DNA from: Eledone cirrhosa
Lineage: Eukaryota
Reading direction: 5' to 3'
NCBI GenBank assembly: GCA_964016885.1
Contig: OZ024740.1
Location: 256,060,001 to 256,124,000 of the forward strand
Length of the DNA stretch: 64,000 nt
The notes under the pieces are model-generated. The model was not told the DNA's origin and ran no database searches. It saw only the letters and a list, made by a program, of their open reading frames with translations. Positions 41,328 through 55,260 of the stretch are shown here, piece by piece (the first letter of the stretch is position 1; each line of letters begins with the position of its first letter). Both the position numbers and the translations under genes were made by a program.

Positions 41328-42123
41328 AATGGAAGTCCAGCATAATCGATGTTCTGGTTGCAGCTAAATTAACGAATGCAATCGGAATGTACAGCTAAGC
41401 ACTCAATAAGGTATTTTACCTTAGAGTAATAACATTACGTTTAGACAGCTTTGCAAATTGAAGATTGCGATCGGTAAGCTAGCCGCAAGGACCAAAGCAA
41501 CGAGAAAACCGACTCAGGGTAATTTGACAAACCTGGACCATCGCGTCGATATTATGCAATATCTCCGCTAGGTTTCTGTGAATTCGAAATCAACAAAATC
41601 CCCTTGCGGGTATGCAAGTTATTGGTTTTGGAAGATCGAACGGAGGTTTCAATTTCTCAACAGGTATCCGTACTCTGCCGCGCCAAGTGTGAGTTTTAGC
41701 AGTAAGCACTGCTGGCGGTCACAAAGGGAGGTTGTTGGCGGTCAAAATTCAAATTTTGATCAACGGGATAAATTCCTTTCCACAAACCGAATAGAGCTCT
41801 AGACCAGAGGTTATTAAACAAACATAAATAATTAACCAATCAATAAAATTGTCTAATTAAATTAATCAATTAATCATTAAGTCTAAGAGATAATAATACA
41901 AATGGAAGTTCCGCTTAATCGAAGCTCTGGCTTCAGCTAAACTATCTAATGGAATCGGAATGCACAGCTAAGCACTCAATAAGGTATTTTACCTTAGAGT
42001 AATAACATTACGTTTAGACAGCTTGGCATATTGAAGATTGCGACCCGTAAGCCAGCCGCAGGGACCAAAGCAACGAGAAAACCAACTCAGGATAATTTGA
42101 CAAACCTGGACCATCGTGTTGAT
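41326..42123. repeat. Partial tandem duplication (~572-nt period), non-coding
   Basis: ACAAATGGAAGT...ACCTGGACCATCG at 41326 and 41898. Confidence 0.8.
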
Positions 42124-42742
42124 ATATATATATATATCAACTAGAAATAGATTGACATATATCTATATATATATATATATATATATAAAATAAACAGATG
42201 GAACAATCAAAGGGAATAATTTGTAAAGAATGTAAGCACACATAGCTAGGTAGGTAACCAATTAAAGTTTAACTAGAACTTCAAATATAGATACCTTTTA
42301 AAATGATTAATCTCCTTTGTATATATTTCTAGTTGATATGAAATGCTCGGATCTATTCATTGGAATCTTTGAGCTTATTCTACAGTGGATATGGCGTATG
42401 TCTCTCAGACATGACAACCCTTACTTTAATTTTGGATATATTTAATTGTAGAGCTAACTCAGTTGAATGGATTCGGCTGCTATTTCTAGCTGTCGATAAT
42501 CTTATTCACGCCACTGGGATGACGCTGTGCGATGTGTGTATTTTTTTAAAATGCAACACGTGGTTCGAGTCATTCACAGATTTGCATTTGCTTTGTAAAC
42601 GCAGATAGTTATTTCTTCTCCTTTGGTGACCATCTAGGATTTGACTACTATGATTTACTGATTAATTGGTGAAATATATTTTTTACTTAAAGAAATATAT
42701 ACAAAGGAGATTAATCATAAACCACTGCACACACACACACAA

Positions 42743-42776
<34 letters not shown>

Positions 42777-42780
42777 GTGT

Positions 42781-42832
<52 letters not shown>

Positions 42833-43069
42833 GGTTTATGTATCGCAATATTTACAGTAGCTGGTAATATATAACTGTACTTTGTGTACAAAACAAGAAA
42901 CAATAAAAGTAACAATCACAATGGTAGAAATAACAGTAACAACAACAATAACAATATAGAATACAACAACAATACATCTAAAAATCGTAACAATAATAAT
43001 AATGTTAATGGTAGGAACAACAACAACCATAATAACAATAATAGCAACACACACAACTATGACAATAGA

Positions 43070-43260
43070 TATAATTGTTTCTACTTTAGGCACAAGGCCA
43101 GCAATTACCCAGTGCATTACTGGTACTTTATTTTATCGACCCCGTAAGGATGAAAGGCAAAGTTAACCTCGGCGTGATTTGAACTCAGATCGTAAAGGGA
43201 CGTAACTATGCTGGAAAGCATGGCGTCCGACCCTCCACCGATACTGCCAATTCACCGCCT
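43070..43260 (-). mobile_element. tRNA-headed SINE (Meta-domain-like)
   Basis: Reverse complement of 38388-38575. Confidence 0.85.
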
Positions 43261-43269
43261 TATGACAAT

Positions 43270-45893
43270 AGATATAATGACAACCCCTTAGAGAAACTAT
43301 TCTTCAACCCAGCTGACAAAATATATAAGATGAGTAAAATTTATCCTACTAAGTTACCTTTTAATAAAAGGGTTTGTATACCACAACAAATAGATGACGA
43401 GACAGAGGCACAGTTCACCATAACTAGAAATAAAATTAGACAAATAGTAGACCGATATACTAAGAGACAAAGCAGACCAACAATTTGGGAGGAAACCTGT
43501 AGAAGGCTTAGTTAGCCCCAAGCAACGCACAAGGGATGGTGAGGTAGTGTGTCTACCCAAAGATAAATCTGGTAGGATGTCGATAGTCAGTATGCCGAAC
43601 TATATCAAGGCTATGCAACCCCATATCACCAACACGAGGGAAATTATACAACAAACACATGAGGGTAGAGAGAAGATCCTCAACGCTCACATGATGATGT
43701 GGACCGACATCCTAAAGCCAAGCAGGCGCACTGCCAACAGCTTCCAGGCTTCTAACAATGACATACCACCCTTGCAAAGACCTCCTCAGCACAATCAATG
43801 AGTGCAACAAAAACAAAAAAACTATCTAACTGCATGATAGGCAGTATGGACGTGGTATCAGGGTACCCATCCAGTAACATTGATTTTGCTGTGGAAAAAT
43901 GTGTGGAAATAATCAGTGAGAGTGAAGTGGAGTTCTGCGACGTCGGCACATAAACTGGGTCTCCTACTTACTTATGAACCGAGTACCTAGACAGCCATGA
44001 CCTTGGCCGTTTCTGCCCCAGTGGACCCATAAGAGGTATACCCCCCACCATAACCGCAATGGCAAAAAAGTCTCCCATGGGGAGGTGGATTGGGTGGACC
44101 AAAGCCATACGGACACCCGATAACAATGATCAGGTGAAAAAAATGGTCGCGCATTCAATAGGGGCTAATATTAAAACTACCCTAAAGGGCCATATATTCA
44201 AATTCAATGAAACGATCTACACCCAAAATGAGGGAGCAGCCATTGGCGTCAGCATAGCTGGTGATGTTGCCAACCTTTTTATGGTATGGTGGGAAAGGAG
44301 ACTCAAAGATCTCCTTGAAGAGAGCTCCATAGACCTCATCATGTACTCTCGTTACGTGGACGATATTAATATAGTAATACGGACACCCCCACAAGAGAAT
44401 ACTAACGAACTAGAATATAGCACAATGGAATACATCCAGCAGATAGCTAATGCCATACACCAGAGTATAACTGTAACTATTGACTACCCTTCCAAATACC
44501 CTAACAATAGACTACCTGTATTAGACAGGGGCCAAATTCTCCACTCACACTACGCTAAACCCATGGCCTCTAAATACCTGATACTCAAAAACTCAGCAAT
44601 GTCCAGTAGTGCTAAGTTTAATATTCTGATCGCAGACTTGGTACGAGTGATGAACGTGTCCCGCATGTGCGATCCAACAGAAATGGAAAGACACATCCAA
44701 CACTTCATCAAGCGCATGCAGTTCTCTGACTACAACCAAAGAGACAGAATCAGAGTATACAAAGGAGCCATGGAGAAGAATAAGGAATTTGCCCCATTAT
44801 ACAGGAGCAAATCATGGAACAGCTTAGATAGGAGTAAACATAAGATAGGGAAAGCCACCTCATGGTACGGCAACCAGAGATACCAGAGTGTCATGTTCGT
44901 TGATGCTACCCCTGGAAGGAAATTAGCTAACCAATGTAGAAATGCCCTAAGAAAGACCCACTTAAAGATTAAAGTGGTAGAAAAGCCAGGAACTATCATA
45001 AAATCCCTGATCAGCAAAACATACCCTTTTAAGAAAACCCACTGTACTGATAAGAAATGTGTTATATGTAAAGTAAACCCCCAGATAAATTGTAAAACTA
45101 GAAATGTAGTCTATAGACAGAAACATGACAACGACATACATAGTCGAAGCATAGTAGAAAGAATAGACCAACACTGGGGGGAATTAAAAGGACAAAAAAA
45201 AAAAACGGTTCATTACTATACGAAAACGCCAGACAACAACATGACGGTAACATAGACAACATGGAAATTAAAATAATATCTAAACATAGAAATGTCGCAA
45301 CAGGTAGGCAAATCAAAAAAGCAAGCGAAATAGAGCTTAGAAAGCCAAAGCTAAACAGAAAAAATGAATGGAATAACAACAACACCCAAACAAACACTAC
45401 TGACTTAAGAGAAATATAAATAAATAAATGAATAAATGAATATGCACACAAGCAAAATAACAACAAACACATATAAACACACACTAATAAACTAAAATAG
45501 AATACAATAACCAAAACACAGTCACCAAAACGCGAACACACACACTAAACACTATACACACACGCAAACGCATGCGCAGAGACGAAGACAAAAATAAATA
45601 AATAAATAAATACATAAAATAAAAATGGCGTAGACATTACAATACATACAATACAGTAGGGGAAACATGATAATAGTACCACTGATGATGTTGCAGATGT
45701 GCAACGAAAGAACTTTGTTAGACTATATATATGTATTTATATCTGTATTTTTGATTGCTGGTCAGTCAGTGATAAACATTGATGGCCAACTATGGAGATA
45801 TAAAAGATACAGAAGCGAAAACCAACCAAACAGTGAGTGTGTTCTGTTATTATTTCTGGCCATATTATTACAACAATATGAGACCCACCACAA

Positions 45894-45895
<2 letters not shown>
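43270..45895 (+). mobile_element. Penelope-like retroelement, largest copy in the window (disrupted RT + GIY-YIG, 3' pseudo-LTR)
   Basis: CLPKDKSGR; ORF 44059-45255 with YTQNEGAAIG, YSRYVDDI, HYAKPMAS, CTDKKCVICK..NVVY; tail PKLNRKNEW. Confidence 0.9.
45678..45719 (+). ncRNA. Hammerhead motif in PLE pseudo-LTR
   Basis: ACCA-CTGATGA-T-GTTGC agatgt GCAAC-GAAA-GAAC-TT-TGTT. Confidence 0.65.
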
Positions 45896-45969
<74 letters not shown>

Positions 45970-46009
45970 GAGGTGTAACACACGAGTTGTGATATATTAG
46001 TAAAAGGAA

Positions 46010-46456
46010 AAGCAAATGCTGACACATTTTTCCCAGTGAAAAATAGTTTAATTAGGAATAAGTATAAATTAGTAATAAGTATTGGTTAGTATTCAGTTTT
46101 AGTTTTAAGTTTTTACCGGTTGCGCATTTCTAATGCTTTTCAAAAATAATTTTGAGATAGAGCGCCGGTGATGTTTGCTCTAATCTGATCAGTTTTGGAA
46201 ATTCTTCTTGTTTTATGTGAAAAAAGTGGCTCCAGAGGTATTAAGATTTGGTTGGTTGTTGAATGTCACGTGAATGAGTACTATAAATTTCGCGCCAATT
46301 CGTGTTGCAAAAATTCTTGTAGTCAAAACAATTTTGATTGGTCGGTAGAGGTAACGTGAATGTTAAAAATTGATTTTGCGCCAAATGTAGGTTTGTGGAA
46401 GAGTGTCCTTTTTCGCCTTATTGAGAAGTCACTGAAAAATAAGTTTATTAAGACAA

Positions 46457-46535
<79 letters not shown>

Positions 46536-46776
46536 GGAAAGAGGTTCATTGTTGTGATAATGATCAGTAGGGATGTGTGTGTGTGAATTGCAGTCATGTT
46601 GAAAGGTCAACAGTTCAGGTGTCTATTATGACAAATATGTGTGTGTGTGTGTGTGTAGCAGAGTGGTTCGTGGTAGAGGAAATAAATTCGGTGAGTAGGA
46701 AAGTGTGTGTACGTATGTGGGGGATATTTTAACATGTTGAAAGATATTTTTCAGCTCTTGTCTTATACGGAGAAGT

Positions 46777-46866
<90 letters not shown>

Positions 46867-48020
46867 GTGTGTGTGTGTGTGTGCCTGTTTGTATGTTAGT
46901 GTACGCGTGTGTATGTGTGTGTGAATGTGTGTGTATGTGTATGTGTGTATGTGTGTATGTGTGTATGTGTGTGTGTGTGTGGATGGAGCAGTATTTTTGT
47001 GATACTGGTAAAAATGGTGTACATTATTCGATATTTTCAGTAATTTGCAAAAACGATTCTCTCAAAAGAACATCAAAAACATTAATAATAAAAGGGGTGA
47101 AATGATGTATAGTATTGTCATAACACGAAGGTGTGTGTGAGTGGTCAGATTGTACGTACTGCAAGGGGAATCCATTAGGCACTGCCGTATGGGAATACTT
47201 GTGTACAAATATGTATGTGCCCATCAGTGTGCAATGAATGTGTGCGTATATGTATGTTTGTGTGTCGGCACGTTTATATCTATAAACATCAAAAGGTATG
47301 CAAATTTGTGTATATCTGTGTTGCACCATAGAACATGTGTGTTTACGTATGTCATTGTATGTTGTGGGTTCGTCTTAGTGAGAAGTGTTTAGACGGGGTC
47401 CGTATTTGTTAATAAAGTGAGATTCCTTGCTGATGCGCTGGGTGTAGGTGGCATTATCTTTAAATTTGTAGAGGGGAAAGATTCTAAAGTTGGGATGATT
47501 TTGTTCTATGGTTCTATTGTGCAACACAAATATACACAAATTTGCATACCTTTTGATGTTTATAGATATAAACGTGCCGACACACAAACATACATATACG
47601 CACACATTCATTGGACACTGATGGGCACATACATATTTGTACACAAGTATTCCCATACGGCAGGGCCTAATGGATTCCCCTCGCAGTACGTACAATCTGG
47701 ACACTCACATACGTTGGTGTTATGACAATACTATATATCATTTCACCCCTTTTATTATTAATGATTTTGATGTTCTTTTGAGAGAATCGTTTTTGCAAAT
47801 TACTGAAAATATCGAATAATATACACCATTTTTACCAGTATCACAAGAATACTGGTCCATCCACACACACACACACACACACACATACACACATATATAC
47901 ACACACACACATACACACACATATTTGACTCAATAGACAACTGAACTGTTGACCTTTCAACATGACTGCAATTCACACACACATCCCTACTGACCATTAT
48001 CACAACAATGAACCTCTTTA

Positions 48021-48118
<98 letters not shown>

Positions 48119-48580
48119 TTGTCTTAATAAACTTATTTTTCAGTGACTTCTCAATCAGGCGAAAGAGGATACTCTTCGACAAACCTACATTTGGCGCAAA
48201 ATCAATTTTTAACATTCACGTGACCTCTACCAACCAATCAAAATTGTTTTGACTACAAGAATTTTTGCAACACGAATTGGCGCGAAATTTATAGTACTCA
48301 TTCACGTGACATTCAACAACCAACCAAATCTTAATACCTCTGGAGCCACTTTTTTCACATAAAACAGGAAGAATTTCCAAAACTGATCAGATTAGAGCAA
48401 ACATCAATCCTTTTGTATCTCAAAATTATTTTTGAAAAGCATTAGAAATGCGCAACCGGTAAAAACTTAAAACTAAAACTGAATACTAAAAAAATACTTA
48501 TTACTAATTTATACTTATTCCTAATTAAACTATTTTTCACTGGGAAACATTTGTCACCATTTTCTTTTCCTTTTACTAAT
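46010..48580. repeat. ~2.5-kb fold-back inverted duplication
   Basis: 46010-47335 is inverted at ~47505-48580. U3-A8 HHR-like motifs at 46110-46147(-) and 48428-48465(+). Confidence 0.9.
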
Positions 48581-48619
48581 ATATATAAATATTTATATAT
48601 ATAATATAATTATATATAT

Positions 48620-48965
48620 ATTTGGTGTGGGATGCTTAAAGCGTTCGTATGCAGTAGGCCGTGTGAGCACTCGATGCTCTTACAGAGCAGAGTATAATAT
48701 CATATAAGAAACGGAGAATCACTGGTGCGACGAACTAGAATTTATTAGACATATAAATAATTATAAAAAGAAAAAAAATAGATTTTAAGTTATCGTGGAA
48801 CACCATTCTACAAAACTCTCCATATTTTGGAAACAGGAGGGAATGCAGATTATGTCCAGGAGAGATCTTGGAAATTATTAAATCTAAGGACGATTTATTA
48901 AATAAAAGACAGGAATTGATCATAGTCTGTAATCACCGTATACGAAAAACATTTAAATACTATAA
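48620..48965 (+). mobile_element. PLE GIY-YIG C-terminal remnant (Cys-rich tail)
   Basis: FKLSWNTILQNSPYFGNRRECRLCPGEILEII...LLNKRQELIIVCNHR. Confidence 0.6.
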
Positions 48966-49210
48966 ACCTAATGAAATACTATAACCCTACTTAAATATTC
49001 TAAATAGCAACTCACTATAATTCCGTATAGAATAACATTTATTAGTACCTTTTTCCCCTAATTATATGCTTTCATGCTTATTTTTGCTTTTTAATGTTTT
49101 AGCTTCCTTAGATTTAATGAAGGCAACAAGATACACAGCCACCCGTAATTGCATGAGTAAAAATAAACATCTATGTATGATATGAAAATATATTTATGTG
49201 TGTGTACATT

Positions 49211-49251
<41 letters not shown>

Positions 49252-49338
49252 ATATATGTTTATGTATGTGTATATGTGTATATATATGTATATGCTTGTG
49301 TATGTATGTGTGTATGTATATGTATGTATGTGTATATG

Positions 49339-49381
<43 letters not shown>

Positions 49382-49488
49382 GGGTGTGTTTATATATGTA
49401 TATATATATATATATGTATATGTGTATGTATGTGTATATATATATATATATGTGTGTGTGTTTGTGTGTATGTATATGTATGTATGTG

Positions 49489-49599
<111 letters not shown>

Positions 49600-49661
49600 C
49601 GTTTCTGAATTTGTTTAGCAAGATTCTTTATCTGAAATCGTGTGTTGAAACCGATATTGTT

Positions 49662-50493
49662 ATACTTTGGGAGGGTCATGTTGCCAATAAGAAACACACG
49701 CACCAGTTGCTTTCACTTCAATTTATTATATATTTATGAATTTACAAATTCATAAATTTATAAATTTCTGGTTGGTTGGTTGGTTCCACAACCAGATAGT
49801 TGTTTATATATAGTCATAGTCCTTTCGTCACACACTCTGTGACCTCTTCAGTGACTGGGGATTCCTTTCTTTGTTTCTGTGCCTCTCCTTTTTTTTCTGT
49901 CCTACGCCATTTTGTTTCTGTGTGTGTGTTGTGTGCTCAGTTTGCGCATGCGCCACATCCGGGTGTCTGTGTGTGTTTATGTTCATTTATCTATTTGTTT
50001 GTTTATTTATTTATTTACATGTTATTGGTTGGTTGGTTGTTTGTTCTATGTGTGTGTGTGTTTTTTTCATTTTGTGATCAGATTATGAAAACACACACAC
50101 ACATAGAACAAACAACCAACCAACCAACCAATAACATGTAAATAAATAAATAAACAAACAAATAGATAAATGAACATAAACACACACAGACACCCGGATG
50201 TGGCGCATGCGCAAACTGAGCACACAACACACACACAGAAACAAAATGGCGTAGGACAGAAAAAAAGGAGAGGCACAGAAATAAAGAAAGGAATCCCCAG
50301 TCACTGAAGAGGTCACAGACTGTGTGACGAATGGACTATGACTATATATAAACAACTATCTGGTTGTAGAACCAACCAACCAACCAGAAATTTATAAATT
50401 TATGAATTTGTAAATTTATAAATATATAATAAATTGAAGTGAAAGCAACTGGTGCGTGTGTTTCTTATTGGCAACATGACCCTCCCAAAGTAT

Positions 50494-50500
<7 letters not shown>
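49662..50500. mobile_element. Fold-back pair of PLE pseudo-LTRs with hammerheads at 49812-49856(-) and 50299-50343(+)
   Basis: AGTCA-CTGAAGA-G-GTCAC..GTGAC-GAAA-GGAC-TA-TGACT. Homologous to 1600-1960 and 45530-45890. Confidence 0.85.
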
Positions 50501-50575
<75 letters not shown>

Positions 50576-50801
50576 GTGTGTTTATATATATATATGTATA
50601 TATATATATGTATATGTGTGTGTATGTGTGTATATATATATATATATGTGTGTTTGTGTGTGTGTATATGTGAGTGTAGGTGTATGAATGTTTATATATG
50701 AGTATGTGCACATGTAAGAAGAGTGTACATATACTCACACAAGTATGTATATATATATATGTGTGTGTGTGGGGGGGGGGTTGTATATGTATATATATAT
50801 G

Positions 50802-50832
<31 letters not shown>

Positions 50833-50934
50833 GTGTATATATGCATGTATATATGTACGTATATATGTATGTGTGTGTGTATATGTATGTACATGTATAT
50901 ATGTATGTATGTAAGAGTGTGTGTATATATATAT

Positions 50935-51370
50935 ATGGTGGCTGCCAACTCGTTTTCGAGTACGGCCACTACTTTATATCCATATAGGAGAACCCCTACC
51001 GATGCGCTGAACGAGTGTGACTTTTTAGTCCATCCAGCAACTTGAAAACTCTGGTACAAACACTACACTTGTGACAAATATTGACACATAGTGCTGGGCC
51101 CATGGTACCCTGTGACGACAAGTGCAGAGAGATCTCCAGATATAAAGCAATGCCTGTGCCGTGAAGCTTTTATAGTGAGCAAAGGCACTGCACAAAGCCA
51201 GTCCCACTCTCTTAACCAAGATGATATTTACCAAAAAGAAGAACAAGTCAACATCATTGGATACCATCAGAGTTGCAGGTGTTATATCAGAGTTTTCCTT
51301 CTCCTAGAATTCTGCCTTGACAAAGGCTAAAGGGTCATCTCTCCCGGTGATTTTGGATGGCCATTGACTC
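50935..51370 (+). mobile_element. Degenerate repeat, probable PLE 3' end (related to 38326-38830)
   Basis: QCLCREAFIV...SLNQD resembles a GIY-YIG C-terminal tail; shared sequence with 38590-38810. Confidence 0.4.
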
Positions 51371-52147
51371 TTAAGAGCTCCTTTGCCCTTGTATATATAT
51401 ATATATGTATGTGTGTGTATATGTATATGTATATATGGGAGTATAGATGTGTAAGTGTGAATATAGATATGTATGGATATGTATATATATATGATTATAT
51501 GCATGCGTGTGGATGTGTTTGCATCTATTTGCACGTATGTATATTTTGGTTAGATATCAATATAACTGTACCTCTCTCTATATATAGTGTGAATATATGC
51601 ACTTTGTAGACTATGGAATTTATGTGTTTTAACTATGCCAACATGTACTTATCTGAGTTTGATTGTTTATGCATAAACATACTTAGTAATATTTTAGAGC
51701 GTATAATATGTTATATTATACTGAGTGCAATTTACCACACCGTACTATATTCTCTTGGTTAAGTTGTATATTATCGCATTACTATATCACATTATCTTAT
51801 TATAATTTTCATCTTTTAATATACTATCTTTCCTTAATTTATATTCACCTTAAAACTCAATACAACACTAACCAACATTTATTTTGACATTCCTTTTAAA
51901 TTCACTATACAAGATACATTCAACTATCAGTTTGACAATCCCCTTCCTTCCTAATAGATTTTTATGCCATTTCTACTAACACCTTTCAACCATTCCTTTC
52001 AAAGGGTCATGACCTCAACTAAAGTGTATTACTTTTCATCTTAACACCATATGAAAAAAACAATTTGATTCGTTAGTTCTTCAACTACCTCCAAATAACG
52101 ACATGATACTAATTCTGAGTAAAATTATTATTGAATAAAATTATTAT

Positions 52148-52279
52148 TGCTTTTGAAAACAGCTGGTGATATGCATGTAAGTAAATATTCTTTCTATATG
52201 ATAGTTTGTAAGCTTACATAGATCAATAACTGAGTATAGATACAATGTATTATCACCATCTAGAAACGATCGTAAAGCA
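52148..52279 (+). ncRNA. Hammerhead-like motif, U3-A8 variant, long helix II
   Basis: TGCTT-TTGAAAA-CAGCTGGTGATA...TATCACCATCTA-GAAA-CGATCG-TA-AAGCA. Confidence 0.6.
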
Positions 52280-52323
52280 GTGAAGTATATCTCTAATGAC
52301 TTGATTTTTTTATTTCATTGTTT

Positions 52324-52382
<59 letters not shown>

Positions 52383-52758
52383 GATAAATCTACCAAGAGT
52401 TTACGGTAGTGTCCAATCCGTATGAAGAACTCAATGTATTCCGGATATCATGGAAAGAAGAGATGTAATGAAAAATCACTTTCGGTGAAAGATAAACGGT
52501 ATACAGAGTCAAGATAAAATATTAAACAAATAATGAATAAACAATAAGACAGTTCCTTATATTAAACAAAAAAAGTTCATTATTTAACGATCGTTTCTAG
52601 GATATATATGTGTTAGAATTGGCATGCATATTCAACAGATCTATGTACAAAATTATACAAAATTATACAAACTATCAAGATTAAATATACATACCAACAC
52701 ATGTGTTGGTATGTATATTTAATCTTGATAGTTTGTATAATTTTGTATAATTTTGTTC

Positions 52759-52790
<32 letters not shown>

Positions 52791-52864
52791 TAAAGAAAAA
52801 GAGATGAAATCGAAAATGCAACTGAAGTCTTATTTTTAAAAAAAATATATATATTTATTTGGTT

Positions 52865-52902
52865 CCTTTACCGGTTTCGCAGTTCTTCTGCTTTTCAAAA
52901 GG
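52865..52902 (-). ncRNA. Minimal hammerhead, U3-A8 variant
   Basis: Reverse complement: CCTT-TTGAAAA-GCAG aagaa CTGC-GAAA-CCGG-TA-AAGG. Confidence 0.7.
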
Positions 52903-53317
52903 TGAGTTGAGATGGAGGGTCTGTGGTTTTTCTCACATCTGGTTGGTCTCTGAATGTTACTTGTTTTATATGGAAAAAGTGGCTCGAAATTCCAGGTTTT
53001 TCGAGAAGTAATTTGATTGGTTTGTCAATAATTATAATAAATTTCGCGCCAGTTCGCGTTACAATAGTTCTTCAAATAAGAGAGGGGGGGTTGTCACAGG
53101 TTGTTTTTTCTTATATGAGTGTTTGAATTTCTTTTTACTTGAAAAAAGGAGGCTCACGAAGGCTTTTTTGGGGTTGGTTATAAATGAAATTTGGCTTGAC
53201 CACTATCTCTCCATTGTCATAACATTCACTATAAAGACTACAGAATAGTTTTCCAAATAAGGGCGCAAAAATGTAATAAAAACTTGTTCACGTGACAGCC
53301 AAATTTCATTTATAACC

Positions 53318-53786
53318 AGCTTATATTGGCAAAGGCCGTGATTCCTGGACAAATCCAAATTTCAAAATCCAAACCTGCTCCGTTGATGAATTTGAACCTC
53401 GAAACCTAAATATGTTTCGCAACGATGGTACGTGAATTGAAAAATAAAGAGAATCGAAATGGAATTGAAATAAAAAGTGAAATATCCAAATCTTCTGTGC
53501 TTATCAACAGGAACCCAGTAAAATTAGTATATTCCACATCAAAAATTTAGCAGGTCTGACTAGACGTGTGTAGCCAGGCCAAATTAGCCGTCCCGCATTC
53601 CCGGTGCTAGAAATAACAGCCGTTTATGCGGGATTCTCTTTATTTTTCAATTCTCTTTATTTTTCAATTCACGTACCATCGTTGCGAAACATATTTAGGT
53701 TTCGAGGTTCAAATTCATCTACGGAGCGGGTTTGGATTTTGAAATTTGGATTTGTCCAGGAATCACGGCCTTTGCCAATATAAGCT
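53318..53786. repeat. Fold-back inverted repeat (~135-bp arms)
   Basis: AGCTTATATTGGCAAAGGCCGTG... is inverted at ~53650-53786. Confidence 0.85.
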
Positions 53787-54078
53787 TGTCTTTATTGACT
53801 TATATCGAGACAGACAAATTGTATTCACTTTAATTAGTTTATTTCATTAATAGCTAACTTTGTCTGTTACAATGCAAACACGTTTTGTGTTTATCATATA
53901 TTTTAATGTATATATATATATATATATATATATATGTAGATAAATCTACCAAGAGTTTACGGTAGTGTCCAATCCGTATGAAGAACTCAATGTAATCCGG
54001 ATATCATGGAAAGAAGAGATGCAATGAAAAATCACTTTCGGTGAAAGATAAACGGAATACAGAGTCAAGATAAATTTT

Positions 54079-54129
<51 letters not shown>

Positions 54130-54157
54130 ATTAAAAGATGGTTAAAATAGTTCCAAG

Positions 54158-54228
54158 TATTTTATTATGCGCATTTCAAAAACAAATATCATCATGGGAT
54201 GATATCTGCGTTCTCATCAGATAAAATA
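54158..54228 (-). ncRNA. Type-I hammerhead ribozyme
   Basis: Reverse complement: TATTTTAT-CTGATGA-GAACGCAGATATCAT..ATGATATTTGTTTTT-GAAA-TGCGCA-TA-ATAAAATA. Confidence 0.75.
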
Positions 54229-54299
54229 GGGAGACATGATATGAAGCTTAAAAAACACTTGTGAGAAGTGAAGTTTTAAATCAACATATATATATACAA

Positions 54300-54454
<155 letters not shown>

Positions 54455-55137
54455 AAGAGCGTAAGGGTGGAGGAGAGCAAATATATAATGAAAGTGAAAG
54501 TGAGAAAGATGGGGAAAGAAAGGCACAATGAGAATGAGAGTTGTGGGAGTTAATTAGGTTTGCTTAAGAGACGAAAATGCCTTAAGAATTGTATGGTTGA
54601 AAAGGAAAATGTTACGTGTCAAGTCTAATCACCTGACAGGTCCCTGTCAAGGGGTGCATCATAGCCGAAATGTGCGGCAGATTGCTCAATTGTTAAAACC
54701 ACAATACTTTGTTTCTAGATGTTAATGTTATTCATAAAACTGAATTAGGGACAGGAAAAAAGGTCAAGGAACTGGAGGGTCAAGACATTGTGAGGAGTAA
54801 GGAAGCGATAGATGGATAGAAAGGTGGGGGAAGATGTGGGAAAGAGGGAGAGAGAGGGAGAGAGAGGGGAATATAGAGTGGGAGAAAGTGGAGGTGGTGA
54901 AAAGAGAGAAAAATGGGAAACACTTTACAGGGTGTGATGTAGCAATGTTTACGGTGTACGCTTGTGAGAAAAATCTAATACATGAAGTGAGAGGAAGGAG
55001 GAACATATTTAAATAATGCGATATAAGGAACGGTAAATACATGTAAATATCTGTGTATGTATATATGGTTATGGGTGTCAATCTAACTACCTATCTGTCA
55101 ATGTATCTACATATCTATATATTTATCTATATATCAA

Positions 55138-55260
<123 letters not shown>

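Noticed and set aside
52648-52756. Perfect ~108-bp palindrome as a distinct element
   Set aside because: No motif to orient it. It could be another fold-back or an assembly artefact.
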